The translations under genes and the position numbers were made by a program. A model generated the notes under the pieces. That model was not told the DNA's origin, did not search any database, and was given only the letters and a program-made list of their open reading frames with translations. This document shows positions 1 through 9,499 of a DNA stretch of 64,000 nt, in pieces (position 1 is the stretch's first letter; every line of letters begins with the position of its first letter). Origin of the DNA: an uncultured virus (IMG/VR IMGVR_UViG_3300035698_011514) (taxonomy: Duplodnaviria; Heunggongvirae; Uroviricota; Caudoviricetes); IMG/VR virus record IMGVR_UViG_3300035698_011514, one strand, 5' to 3'.

Positions 1-27
1 ACGGTGCCTAGTTAAAGAGAGAATCAA

Positions 28-165
28 ATGTTCAAGGTTATCGTGATGATTGACGGGATCGAGATCTGCAACGTAGTTTTCCCTGTTTTAGAGCATGTGG
101 AACGGTACATCACCCTCCTCTCCACCAACCTGCCTGCTGCGACGACGCAGATAGTCGCCGCGTGA
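28..165 (+). CDS. small hypothetical protein (45 aa)
   Basis: ATG 28 to TGA 165 (MFKVIVMIDGIEIC...), purine-rich AAAGAGAG upstream; below the ORF-track cutoff. Confidence 0.5.
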   Translation: MFKVIVMIDGIEICNVVFPVLEHVERYITLLSTNLPAATTQIVAA

Positions 166-264
166 AGATAAATTGGGGATCTTCAGATCCCCCGCGTATG
201 TGTTATCAGGGCGCCCGAAAGGTTCGGGTGCCTAAAGAGAACGAAAAATGGATAAGGATACCTA

Positions 265-498
265 ATGAACACGAACATGATCCACGCTGAGATGTGCGCC
301 TACGCTTTCCATGACGCCACGATCGTGCGCTGGGACGTACAGCTCGTGAAGGATGAGTGGATCGAGGCTTGGGAGGAGAGCTGGGAGGTCACGCTCAGCA
401 CCACCACGTTCGACGATCTTGAGGACGCTGAGGCGTTCGCAGAGGGTGCGCGGGATGATGTGAAAGGCATCCGCGCTACCGTGAGCCGGATGCGGTGA
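265..498 (+). CDS. hypothetical protein (77 aa)
   Basis: AAGGA RBS upstream; followed by a terminator hairpin. Confidence 0.65.
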   Translation: MNTNMIHAEMCAYAFHDATIVRWDVQLVKDEWIEAWEESWEVTLSTTTFDDLEDAEAFAEGARDDVKGIRATVSRMR

Positions 499-527
499 GC
501 GTGCGTGGTGGGGGCCTCCTGACAACG

Positions 528-564
528 AAAGAGGCTCTTCCCCCATGTAGGAAAGAGCCTCTTT
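528..564. terminator. bidirectional intrinsic terminator
   Basis: AAAGAGGCTCTT..AAGAGCCTCTTT inverted repeat between convergent genes. Confidence 0.75.
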
Positions 565-587
565 GTTATTTATTAAGGACTAAGGGA

Positions 588-1001
588 TCACAGGGTATAC
601 AGTGCTGACCCGTCCGCGACAAGAACCTTGACCGTACCGTTAGCAACGAGCTTGCTAATCTGACCACGATCAAAAGAAAGTTGAAGTGCGCCAGTCTCTA
701 CGAGATCATAAGAAAGGATATCCTGTAAAGCCACGACCTGAGTGGCCGTAAGAGCCACACCAGAAGCAGAGATCAGAGTCGCGGAGCTGATGTCGTCCAC
801 AGCGACCGTAGCCGCTAGGAAGACCGCTGGGAGGATCACAGAGCCCACTAGCGTGAGGTTCGCCTGAAGATCGACGAGATCAATGGGGGCAACATACCGT
901 GCCTGTCCCGGTGGGAAGATCGTCGAGCGCTGCGTGTACTCCAGATCCTTGAGATAAATGGAAGCTGCTACCGCTGTATCCACAACAATTAAACGTGCCA
1001 T
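588..1001 (-). CDS. putative virion structural protein, paralog of 1013..1642
   Basis: AGGAGA RBS; Ala/Val/Thr-rich; shares MA.(L/I)..V.T...Y..D and LV.T....LS..RG.I..LV..G motifs with its neighbour. Confidence 0.6.
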   Translation of the reverse strand: MARLIVVDTAVAASIYLKDLEYTQRSTIFPPGQARYVAPIDLVDLQANLTLVGSVILPAVFLAATVAVDDISSATLISASGVALTATQVVALQDILSYDLVETGALQLSFDRGQISKLVANGTVKVLVADGSALYTL

Positions 1002-1012
1002 GATGTCTCCTA

Positions 1013-1642
1013 TCAGATTGTGGTGACGGCGTTTGTTGCCGACAAACCGTTTGAAGTAACTGTAACCGAAGTGATGTCCTGCGATCCATTAAAGGCTAAA
1101 CCGTGAACAGCGGCAGGGATCGTGATAGCATTGTCAGTAACCGCGCCACCACCCAACGTAATCTGAGCAGATGTGAAGACCTGTGTTCCCGCTGGTGAAG
1201 TGATCGACACAGCAGTAGCATAAGGTAACTCGCTCAGGAATCCTGTACCCGTGAGGGCGAGAAGTCCCCCGTCTACAGCAGAAGTCGCAGATGTGGTCGT
1301 GTCATGGCTCGCTGTCAAAATAGTAGGGGCGAGCGCTGCGTATCCTGTAGGAAGGTTGATGGCGAGAAGATAACCCTTGTCTACCAAGCCCTTGATAATG
1401 CCACGATTCGCGGAGAGCTTGACCTTATCCGTGAGGACAAGATCCACGAAGCCGGGGATCGCGGGATCTTCTACGCGAGTGACCGGACCTGTACCCACAA
1501 GCTGAGTAGCATTGTAAGGAACATACACATCCTGTTTTATAAGACGGGCGGGGATCTTCTCGTTTGAGAGACCCGCATCTATATCCGTCACATACAAGAC
1601 ACCTAATGATGTGCGTGTATGCACTAGTCTAATCTTTGCCAT
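1013..1642 (-). CDS. putative virion structural protein with C-terminal Ig/IPT-like domain
   Basis: GAGG RBS; APTI..AS....GG....LTGTGF pattern resembles IPT/TIG domains. Confidence 0.6.
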   Translation of the reverse strand: MAKIRLVHTRTSLGVLYVTDIDAGLSNEKIPARLIKQDVYVPYNATQLVGTGPVTRVEDPAIPGFVDLVLTDKVKLSANRGIIKGLVDKGYLLAINLPTGYAALAPTILTASHDTTTSATSAVDGGLLALTGTGFLSELPYATAVSITSPAGTQVFTSAQITLGGGAVTDNAITIPAAVHGLAFNGSQDITSVTVTSNGLSATNAVTTI

Positions 1643-1726
1643 AGCTCTACCCTCTTTTTAGATGACAGTTCCCTGCGCACTTAATATGCGGACCTACCTC
1701 TTAACGAAAAAACAAAAAAAGATTTA

Positions 1727-2365
1727 TCAATTGTTACCGTTCAAGCTCAATACAATCGTGCAGTCTCCCGCACTATCCAAAGATAGACTTGAGAACTCCG
1801 CTTGAAACTGGAAATTGTCTAAGGTTGACGGAACCGTAATAAACCCCGGCCCTGTACCAAACTGGAAATCAATAGCGCCCGATGAAACTCGGATGACCGT
1901 GAAGAATGCGACTCTTGGGAGTGTAAACGTCAGGGGCGAAGACACGGTACCAGAAAGTAGAAGAAGAGGGGTTCGCGTCTGATATTGTATGCTCGTCAGG
2001 ATCATCTGGATCGGTCCCGTTTCCGAAGGTAGGGTGGGGAAATTGGCCGTCACGGTGAGAAAGATCACGTCAAGGTCATTCCACCCCAACTGAGAATACT
2101 TCAGCAAGACACGCGTTTTGCCTCGTATAGCAGCAGTTCCCCCTAAAATATCTTTCTGCGGGAGGGCTAGCCCAAGAGACTCCGCACCGTACCCCCTAAA
2201 GATTTGAGCGAAAGGTGCAGGGAGAGGCACAAAGATTCCATCCCAATTTGAGCTATAATTTAAAGTATAACTCAAAGCTATCTCTGTGCGCGTGATATCC
2301 ATGACATCAGGGATGAGAATATCTGCAAAATCAAGGGATCTCTTGCGCACTGTAATTTGCGTCAT
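1727..2365 (-). CDS. hypothetical protein (possibly structural)
   Basis: 212-aa ORF; start overlaps the upstream stop (ATGA). Confidence 0.65.
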   Translation of the reverse strand: MTQITVRKRSLDFADILIPDVMDITRTEIALSYTLNYSSNWDGIFVPLPAPFAQIFRGYGAESLGLALPQKDILGGTAAIRGKTRVLLKYSQLGWNDLDVIFLTVTANFPTLPSETGPIQMILTSIQYQTRTPLLLLSGTVSSPLTFTLPRVAFFTVIRVSSGAIDFQFGTGPGFITVPSTLDNFQFQAEFSSLSLDSAGDCTIVLSLNGNN

Positions 2366-2751
2366 GGCTTTGCACCCCCAACGACAAGAGATTGATAAGA
2401 CGCTGCGTCCTTACCACCTTGAGAAGCAAGATGTTGAGCATCACGCCAAGTATCCACTTCCATCCCATCATAATTAGGCTGCAAAGTAGGAACGAAGTTC
2501 GACTCTTTCTGCTTGACTTTCAGATAATCAGAACGTGCTTCTCTATACGCACGCTCCTTCAAATTCTTATCAACCCAAACATCGCCCTTGCACACAATAG
2601 ACACGTGGGATGCCTTGAACACAGGACGTACAAGGCCCTCAACACAGGATGTACAAGACTTCCCATCCGTCTTAAATGAGGCATACTGCGCAGCGGGAAG
2701 ATTCACTATACCTTCCCAAGAACACATTGAACATGTGGCTGAATATTTCAT
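2362..2751 (-). CDS. FmdB-like zinc-ribbon protein
   Basis: N-terminal Y...CSMC...CTSC...V.PVF and KG..W motif; ATGA overlaps at both ends. Confidence 0.65.
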   Translation of the reverse strand: MKYSATCSMCSWEGIVNLPAAQYASFKTDGKSCTSCVEGLVRPVFKASHVSIVCKGDVWVDKNLKERAYREARSDYLKVKQKESNFVPTLQPNYDGMEVDTWRDAQHLASQGGKDAASYQSLVVGGAKP

Positions 2752-3383
2752 CGTCTGATATTTTTGGGGACAGAGGGTGGTGAGGGATACGAGACTTGAA
2801 ATCCAGACCAGTCTATCATGTCATTAGAAGGTCCGCCCGGTGAAATCTTCCCGCGACCGTGAGCTGAGTCTTGCTCATGAATAGATTCTTGCTTGGGGTG
2901 CTGCTGCTCATCCTGAACAGAGTGACCTCCGTCATTGTAGGTCTGGAGGTACGAGAATTGCTCCGCGTCCTGACGGTTGTTGGGAAGCCTATGCCCCGTG
3001 TCCTGATCGCCGGGGATCTGTGAAGAAGACGTCACGGTGTTCCATCGATCCTTCAATTGGCGAGGCATAAATTCTTTCACATCGGAAGACATCATATCAA
3101 GAACCATGAATTCCATTGCGGCAATTTCACCTTCAAGGTCGCGCATATGGCGGGGGGCTTGGACAATCATATCTCCAGCTTCCGCATGGATGTGGTCTTT
3201 CTGATCACAATCCTCAATGAGACTCAAAGAGCGATCTAACATTTCCCTAAGATGTTGAACATGCGAACGTGCCTGAAGGATGGTCGAAATCAAGACCTCC
3301 ATCTGATTGCGACGATCTTCTTCTACAATAAGAGAAGCCGCAATCTTCCGAGCCATTTTAACACGATTCGACATGTTCAACAT
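2748..3383 (-). CDS. hypothetical protein, possible internal head protein
   Basis: GGGAG RBS; N-terminal MARKIAA motif shared with other late proteins. Confidence 0.65.
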   Translation of the reverse strand: MLNMSNRVKMARKIAASLIVEEDRRNQMEVLISTILQARSHVQHLREMLDRSLSLIEDCDQKDHIHAEAGDMIVQAPRHMRDLEGEIAAMEFMVLDMMSSDVKEFMPRQLKDRWNTVTSSSQIPGDQDTGHRLPNNRQDAEQFSYLQTYNDGGHSVQDEQQHPKQESIHEQDSAHGRGKISPGGPSNDMIDWSGFQVSYPSPPSVPKNIRR

Positions 3384-3395
3384 CTCCCGAAAATA

Positions 3396-4346
3396 TCACA
3401 CGTTAATATGACGCCAAAACGATTCATTCTCAACCAAATGCAGTGCGTTCACAAGGCTCTCATTTCCTTCAATCGTATCCCGATAATTCTTCAACTTTGT
3501 CTTCCAATGTGCCCTCGGATCCCATTCTGGAAAGCCCGGAATGATCGCACGAAGAATCGCGATGTGTAGGCGGACATCTTCTGCGTGCGCGGCAGGCAAC
3601 GCAGCGAGGACGAGAGACAGGCGATCTTGAAGGTCTGCTTGCGTGAACTCGACGAGATCCGCATTGACATCTTCAATCGACAAATCGATGTCGTCTGTTT
3701 CTTCGAAAGCATCGGATCGATCTGTGGGCTCGTAACCCGCCGCGCCAATATGACCGACCATCTCAGACTGTGTGCCACCATCCCAATACTGACCTGCACC
3801 GTTCAAGGCGCGGTTGCCAGTCGAAGTCGTAAGCGTCACGCCTTCTGTGTAACGCACCTTTGTGAGCGTTGAATTCTCCGCAGCATTCTTCAGACGACCG
3901 ATCTCGGCCTGTCTATGGTGGTTGGCTAAATCACTTGCGCCACCCTGAGCCAATTTGATTGAACCCACGTTGGGCTTGGAAAACAACTTGACCTGAGTGA
4001 TTTCGTGGTAGTCCTGAGCTTCAACAGAATTCTTACTAGAACCACCCACACTGCCTACGGGACGATGCTCACCCGTAACTGGATACTGCTTAGATGTAGA
4101 GCGCTGCGGCTCGACGCGAACAGCACCTTGAAGAGACGATTCCAAAATCCAACCCATCTGAAGAGCTGTCTGCATCTGAGGTGCCTTTACAGTCTTGCCC
4201 ATATGAGTCACCTCATAAGTCTTGGCGTTGTACTCCAAGATGTCGCCCGGCTTGAGCGGGGCATCACCCAGAGATGCAAAGTAGAACTTCGACTGCACAG
4301 TATACTCAATGACTGTACCCTGATTCACCACATTTGACTTCGACAT
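3396..4346 (-). CDS. hypothetical protein (316 aa)
   Basis: GAGG RBS; long ORF colinear with the operon. Confidence 0.7.
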   Translation of the reverse strand: MSKSNVVNQGTVIEYTVQSKFYFASLGDAPLKPGDILEYNAKTYEVTHMGKTVKAPQMQTALQMGWILESSLQGAVRVEPQRSTSKQYPVTGEHRPVGSVGGSSKNSVEAQDYHEITQVKLFSKPNVGSIKLAQGGASDLANHHRQAEIGRLKNAAENSTLTKVRYTEGVTLTTSTGNRALNGAGQYWDGGTQSEMVGHIGAAGYEPTDRSDAFEETDDIDLSIEDVNADLVEFTQADLQDRLSLVLAALPAAHAEDVRLHIAILRAIIPGFPEWDPRAHWKTKLKNYRDTIEGNESLVNALHLVENESFWRHINV

Positions 4347-4398
4347 ACGAAACCTCTACATCCTTTACGCGTTTAGCTTTTTTTAGGAGCTTAAAAAG

Positions 4399-4430
4399 CA
4401 ACTCTTGGATCTAAATGAAAACAAGAGTTG
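4399..4430 (-). terminator. intrinsic terminator after the methyltransferase gene
   Basis: GCAACTCTTG..CAAGAGTTGC stem followed by a T-run on the minus strand. Confidence 0.6.
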
Positions 4431-4460
4431 CACCTACTAAGTCGTTTCAATTAAAACTTT

Positions 4461-5516
4461 CTAAATCTTGTGGGTTTCAATCAAGATATTGAAGGCTTTG
4501 AACATAGCCTCCCCTAACTTTGCAGGGACAGCATTACCTATCTGGCGCGTGACCGCTGACGCAGAGCCACAGAAAATATGATCAGGTGGGAAAGTTTGAA
4601 TTGCCGCTGCTTCTATGTTTGTCATTCGACGAATATGTTCAGGCATCGGGGGATAAGAACCTATTTCTTTCTGATGAATGATGTCATACAAATTACCGAC
4701 CCAATCGTACGTTGCATTCCCCCAAAGCAAACCGTCATCAACAATGTGAGTAAAATTACCACCGCTCGCTACGATAGTGCGTGAAAGACCTTCAAAGTCC
4801 ACAGAAGCTCCCCCCCCATTAAAAATCCTCCCCGAATGTCGTTTTTTTGAAGGATTCTTCATAATGGTAATTTTAGCCCCCCCAGTAGAAAAAGGATTTT
4901 CAATTTCTCCATATTTACCCAAACTTCTTAAAAGCGCTCCTAAATTGGGAGGCTTTTGATGTAACTCTTGTAAAGCGAGGTCCAAAGAAGATTTAGAAAG
5001 AGAAGACCACCTGCCTTTCACTCCAAACACAAAAAGACGATTACGTTCTTGAGGAATCCCAAAATCACATGCGCGAATGACTTTCCAGATAAGATCATAG
5101 CCTAAATTTTCAGCGTATTCCTGAAAACAATCCCTAACTTCTTTCCATTTAGGTTTAGCCAGAGCCGCCACATTTTCCATCAAGAAATACGGCGATTCAA
5201 GATCAGACACGACATCGAGAAACGTGAAAATCATTTTGCTGCGGGGGTCATCTTTATCTTGCTTCCCCGCAGAAGAGAAGCCCTGACAAGGGGGACCACC
5301 AAAGACCATTCCGATCTTACCGCGTTCTTGGTCACAAAGTGTTGAGGCTAGGACGTTCAGATCGCCATGATGAACAACACCCGGCCAATTCGCTTCAAAG
5401 GTTTTACACGCAGACTTGTCCATATCATTAGCCCACACCACGTGCCAACCCGCAATGTCAGCACCAATATCAAAACCGCCCGCGCCCGAAAAGAGAGAAA
5501 CAGCCCTGCGCGTCAT
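4461..5516 (-). CDS. dcm: DNA (cytosine-5)-methyltransferase
   Basis: Motifs I (SLFSGAGG), IV (GGPPCQGFS), VI (ENV), VIII (QERNR), X (RQIGNAVP). Confidence 0.95.
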   Translation of the reverse strand: MTRRAVSLFSGAGGFDIGADIAGWHVVWANDMDKSACKTFEANWPGVVHHGDLNVLASTLCDQERGKIGMVFGGPPCQGFSSAGKQDKDDPRSKMIFTFLDVVSDLESPYFLMENVAALAKPKWKEVRDCFQEYAENLGYDLIWKVIRACDFGIPQERNRLFVFGVKGRWSSLSKSSLDLALQELHQKPPNLGALLRSLGKYGEIENPFSTGGAKITIMKNPSKKRHSGRIFNGGGASVDFEGLSRTIVASGGNFTHIVDDGLLWGNATYDWVGNLYDIIHQKEIGSYPPMPEHIRRMTNIEAAAIQTFPPDHIFCGSASAVTRQIGNAVPAKLGEAMFKAFNILIETHKI

Positions 5517-5582
5517 AAAGACCTCTTTTTGTTTTATTATTAAGGTACCCTTGAGTGTGTAAATTTATTAAAGGATTAAAAT

Positions 5583-6029
5583 ATGAACACCACGGCATTA
5601 AGCACTATGGTCAAGATAATGGCACTCTTACAGTATCTTCAGCTCCATTACAGGTGCGCGCATTGGGAGTGCAAAGGTTATGATCTTCATTTGCTCTTTG
5701 AACGTCTGTATGAAGTCGTTGAAGAAGACATTGACGCATTCGCAGAGAAGACTATTGGTATTTGGGGACCTCGTGTCAGCGGTGAAATCCTGCGCGTAAA
5801 TGACCTCACCAATCTCATGGGCATTATGTCCCGCAGTACACCAACCTTAGCACATCTACCGCGATCTCTTTTCCTTGAGACTATGTTGATCAACCAGCTT
5901 GATCGTGTCTATGCGGAGCTAGAGACTTCCGGTGAAATGACCAAAGGTCTGGACGATTTCATTATGGCGCTCATGTCCAAACATGAACACAACCTCTATC
6001 TCATTCAGCAGAGTTTAGGGAATGATTGA
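5583..6029 (+). CDS. Dps/ferritin-like protein
   Basis: HW...G...LHLLFERLYE....ID..AE ferroxidase-centre pattern of the Dps family; 148 aa. Confidence 0.75.
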   Translation: MNTTALSTMVKIMALLQYLQLHYRCAHWECKGYDLHLLFERLYEVVEEDIDAFAEKTIGIWGPRVSGEILRVNDLTNLMGIMSRSTPTLAHLPRSLFLETMLINQLDRVYAELETSGEMTKGLDDFIMALMSKHEHNLYLIQQSLGND

Positions 6030-7071
6030 CAAGATTTCGATGGGCACACATAAAGTCGATATGCTCAAGTATGCTCAGTATTATGAAGATCTTGCGAATC
6101 CATTTGCGAGTTATCCCAATGCGGATGAAATACGGGCATCGGTTGAAACTCTAGGAGACAGATCTATCCATATCAAGGCGCTGTTCAATCGCAAAGTGTG
6201 GCCGCTCATTGTGTGGGCGAACGAGATTGTGGGTTACATTCTAATCTCGAAAGTCATTCCTGCACAACATCTTAAAGCCTTCACGCGGCTCTCCAAAGTC
6301 GTCACTAAGGTCACGAGAGCGCCCAATAAGCCCTATGCGTGGTGGGTCAAAAATGGCGAAGACTTGGCTTGTTTGATTGATATGGAGCGGTGGAAAGATA
6401 AGGACGAAGTAGAAGATATAGGTCTTGTCCAAAAGATCAAGGGCTTCACCATAATCAATGAAGCGCCAAAGCTCAAAGAGCAAGACTTCGAAGGTATACT
6501 TACGGAGTTCAAACAGGCGCTCACGCTTATGGAAAGATCAAGTGTCATACACGCCAAAGACCTGTTCTATGGAGACTGCGTAGTCATAACGGACCTACAT
6601 CAAAAAAGTGTCTTGGCTTGGTACAGCGTCAACCAAGACGCGATCTACATAAAGGGTAGTAAGGGATTGGATCGCGTTCACACGATCATCCACGAACTAG
6701 GTCACAGGCTTTGGTTCAAATTTCTCACAGCACAACAGAAAAAAGATTGGACGACGTGGCATTACAAGTGCGCCTATGCGAAGAAAGATGTCACCCTGCC
6801 TCAGGTAGGCGATGAGCTTCCTTTCCCCATCCGTGGAATCAAAGGCAAGCCTAAAGTTATAAAGATTGAAGCGGGTAACTACTTTGTAACAGAAACGGGC
6901 TTTATGTCACTATCCCAGATAATATCTTTCTACCGTTCCATAGCCCTGTTCCCTTCTCAATACGCATCCACAGACGCGGAAGAACACTTCTCTGAAGCCT
7001 TCGCTTTCTATTGTGAAGGCTCGCTAAAAGATGAGCATTTAGCCAACTTCGATTTCATGTTCAAGAGGTAA
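6022..7071 (+). CDS. zincin-like metallopeptidase domain protein
   Basis: IIHELGH (HExxH) and downstream SQYASTDAEEHFSEAF, typical of lethal-factor-like zincins. Confidence 0.7.
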   Translation: MIDKISMGTHKVDMLKYAQYYEDLANPFASYPNADEIRASVETLGDRSIHIKALFNRKVWPLIVWANEIVGYILISKVIPAQHLKAFTRLSKVVTKVTRAPNKPYAWWVKNGEDLACLIDMERWKDKDEVEDIGLVQKIKGFTIINEAPKLKEQDFEGILTEFKQALTLMERSSVIHAKDLFYGDCVVITDLHQKSVLAWYSVNQDAIYIKGSKGLDRVHTIIHELGHRLWFKFLTAQQKKDWTTWHYKCAYAKKDVTLPQVGDELPFPIRGIKGKPKVIKIEAGNYFVTETGFMSLSQIISFYRSIALFPSQYASTDAEEHFSEAFAFYCEGSLKDEHLANFDFMFKR

Positions 7072-7076
7072 AATAA

Positions 7077-8711
7077 ATGAATCGTTCAGCTTCATATCGT
7101 ATCGTAATGGCATGGCTTGCGCGACAAGCTGCTAACGTTGACCTTACAAGGGATGACTCCCTTATCACTTTGGGATTTCAAGCAGGAACGTCGCCCTCCA
7201 AGTCCGAAGTTCAATCCGCGTGGCGCGCGCTCGCGCGCAAGCATCATCCGGATCTTGGGGGCGATGTGGACAAGATGGTGGAGCTTAACGCCGCTAAAGA
7301 CATCCTTGATGGTGTTCGCGCGCCCTCGCGCGGGTATGGGCGCAGCGCGCCCGCGCCTAAGCCCGCGCCTAAGCCCGCACGTCCCGAGCCAAACAGTAAG
7401 GGTACTCCAAAGACCGTCGTGACGGTGGCGCAAGCTCTACAAGGTGTCAACGTCCCTTCTGATGTGCGTTGGAAATTTATGACAGGTCAGGTGAATGCGA
7501 AGCCTACGGCTGCGGTGAGAGGAGAGAGCCAATATGTTTACGGTTATGTTGCTTATGGTAATACGGAAAAGAATCACGTCTTCCTGTTGCTCACACATAA
7601 AGACCACAATTTCAATAGCAGCATCATCTCAGATATGGATGTTTGGTTCGCGAAAGTCTACACTGCTCCACTACCCCTCGAAGCAAATAGCGTTATTTCT
7701 CAAATAAAGAAGAGCATTCCCAATGTCTTGTCTAACGGTAAACTAACTGACCCCTCTATGCCAGACGTTGTTGCCATTCCAGAAAATTGGAATTTCACAG
7801 CTGGAATTCCACCGATGGGGAAGAGGGGGCGCGTGACCTCTCTTAACGATTTTCTTGAGAAAGGTTCGGCGCAGGCACCTCCCAAGGCGCAAGAGCGTTC
7901 TTACTACCAACCCCCAAAGGCGGAAATCATAAGCCTTGAAGAGGCTCTGGGTGGTGCTGGGGTGCCTCCCAATGTGAATTGGCTTTTCCGCACAGAAGAC
8001 GTGAAGCATGGTATGAATTACATGGGAGATGAAAGCTCCATGTACATCTACGGCTATGTTGTGTGTGGTGTGTTGAATGACAAAATGGTCTTCCTCACCC
8101 TCAAGCATGAGAGCTATGGGGCCGTGGTAGGCGGCGGACCTGATAGAAAACTATGGTTCGCGCGCGTGAGTATCGTCGCCACAAAAGATGGTGTCCTATC
8201 CCCCAAAGTTGTCACAGACAACGTGAAGAAGCTCCTCACCGATGCAGGTCTGGTGAAGCCAGCCAACCCTAAGATATATAGGACCCCTTCGGGCTGGACA
8301 CCAAGTAGCAAGGGCGATCTGGGCACCGCGATCAGCTTGTCAGAATTCTTTATCAACCAAGGAGTCAAGAAGGCGCCAAAGCCTTCCACGAAGCCTAAGG
8401 CGGTGAAGATATTGCTCGCAAAGAAAGATGGACGTAGTAAATACTACGAAGGGTATGGGTTAATCGTTGGAGGGACTTTCTACGAGATGGATGCTCGCAC
8501 AAGTCAAGCCTTGTGGTCTATGCTGTATCCTGTGATTGACAAAAACCAATATGCTAACGACGATGGTTTCTTTACTAAGGAAATCAATCGTGTCAAAACC
8601 AAAGTGTCCCTTGCACGGCTGTATCTCAAGGCACAAGATCAGGGTCTAATGAATCCGGGACTTCCAGAAAACATTGTTAATCAGTTACAAGAGATCATTG
8701 ATAGCAACTAA
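7077..8711 (+). CDS. J-domain protein with tandem duplicated C-terminal domain
   Basis: LG...S..EV..AWR.LARKHHPDLGG....M.ELN.A.D.L J-domain; Pro/Lys linker; two internal repeats. Confidence 0.8.
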   Translation: MNRSASYRIVMAWLARQAANVDLTRDDSLITLGFQAGTSPSKSEVQSAWRALARKHHPDLGGDVDKMVELNAAKDILDGVRAPSRGYGRSAPAPKPAPKPARPEPNSKGTPKTVVTVAQALQGVNVPSDVRWKFMTGQVNAKPTAAVRGESQYVYGYVAYGNTEKNHVFLLLTHKDHNFNSSIISDMDVWFAKVYTAPLPLEANSVISQIKKSIPNVLSNGKLTDPSMPDVVAIPENWNFTAGIPPMGKRGRVTSLNDFLEKGSAQAPPKAQERSYYQPPKAEIISLEEALGGAGVPPNVNWLFRTEDVKHGMNYMGDESSMYIYGYVVCGVLNDKMVFLTLKHESYGAVVGGGPDRKLWFARVSIVATKDGVLSPKVVTDNVKKLLTDAGLVKPANPKIYRTPSGWTPSSKGDLGTAISLSEFFINQGVKKAPKPSTKPKAVKILLAKKDGRSKYYEGYGLIVGGTFYEMDARTSQALWSMLYPVIDKNQYANDDGFFTKEINRVKTKVSLARLYLKAQDQGLMNPGLPENIVNQLQEIIDSN

Positions 8712-8714
8712 AGA

Positions 8715-8749
8715 AAAAGAGGCCGTAGATTTGATCTACGGCCTCTTTT
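8715..8749. terminator. bidirectional intrinsic terminator
   Basis: AAAAGAGGCCGTAGAT-TTG-ATCTACGGCCTCTTTT. Confidence 0.85.
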
Positions 8750-8898
8750 CTGCAATCAGTAAAAATCAGGGTCGAAGTTGTTACCACTAAGGTCCGTATG
8801 TACCTCATACCTAACCGCGATAAAACCACCTTCGTCATAGGTTTGGGTCACACCCATCAGTCTCTTGATCTTTCAAGAAATCTTTCTGGAAATCCATT

Positions 8899-9174
8899 CT
8901 AACACCCTACACGGTTACGAAAGTTTGACTTTTCTTTAAAAAATGGAGACATATCGATCATATAGCGCATCATAAAAACAGATGTGGGAAGACTTTCACC
9001 ACGCACCCATTTCCATATTTGGTCTTTAGGCACATCCAAAAGATCCGCCAAGAATATAGTTGAATACTTACCCGATAAGATCAAGTAAGAAAGGTAAAGA
9101 GGGAAGTCCGTTTCATCGCCTTTGGATCCTTCAACATACACACGCATTCGAGTCTCCTTCTGGTCTATCTTCAC
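8899..9174 (-). CDS. small HTH (XRE-like) protein
   Basis: LADLLDVPKDQIWKWVRGESLP helix-turn-helix pattern. Confidence 0.5.
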   Translation of the reverse strand: MKIDQKETRMRVYVEGSKGDETDFPLYLSYLILSGKYSTIFLADLLDVPKDQIWKWVRGESLPTSVFMMRYMIDMSPFFKEKSNFRNRVGC

Positions 9175-9410
9175 ACACTTTCAACCATGTGTTCATCAGA
9201 TTGTAGTGCTGCATCTCATACAGATCCCACCATTCACAATTCATACCCATCCCCGCATTCCCTACAAGCGCCGCTGGCTGTATTTTGAAGAGACTAAGGG
9301 TGTTGAGCATCTCAAGCATAACGCGCGCGGCCCTAGAGCCGCACAGGGGGAGCCTTCGAGCTGGATGGGGATACTTTGAAAGAACGCGGGGGAAGACTCC
9401 TTACAGGTAA

Positions 9411-9447
9411 AAAAGAAAGCGCCCTCATAAGGAGGACGCTTCTTTTT
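9411..9447 (-). terminator. terminator downstream of the major capsid gene
   Basis: Imperfect stem AAGCGCCCTC/GAGGACGCTT flanked by A/T runs. Confidence 0.6.
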
Positions 9448-9499
9448 AACACATTTCAGATATCAAATATAGGGCGGACTTGCACCCGCCCTATACAAT

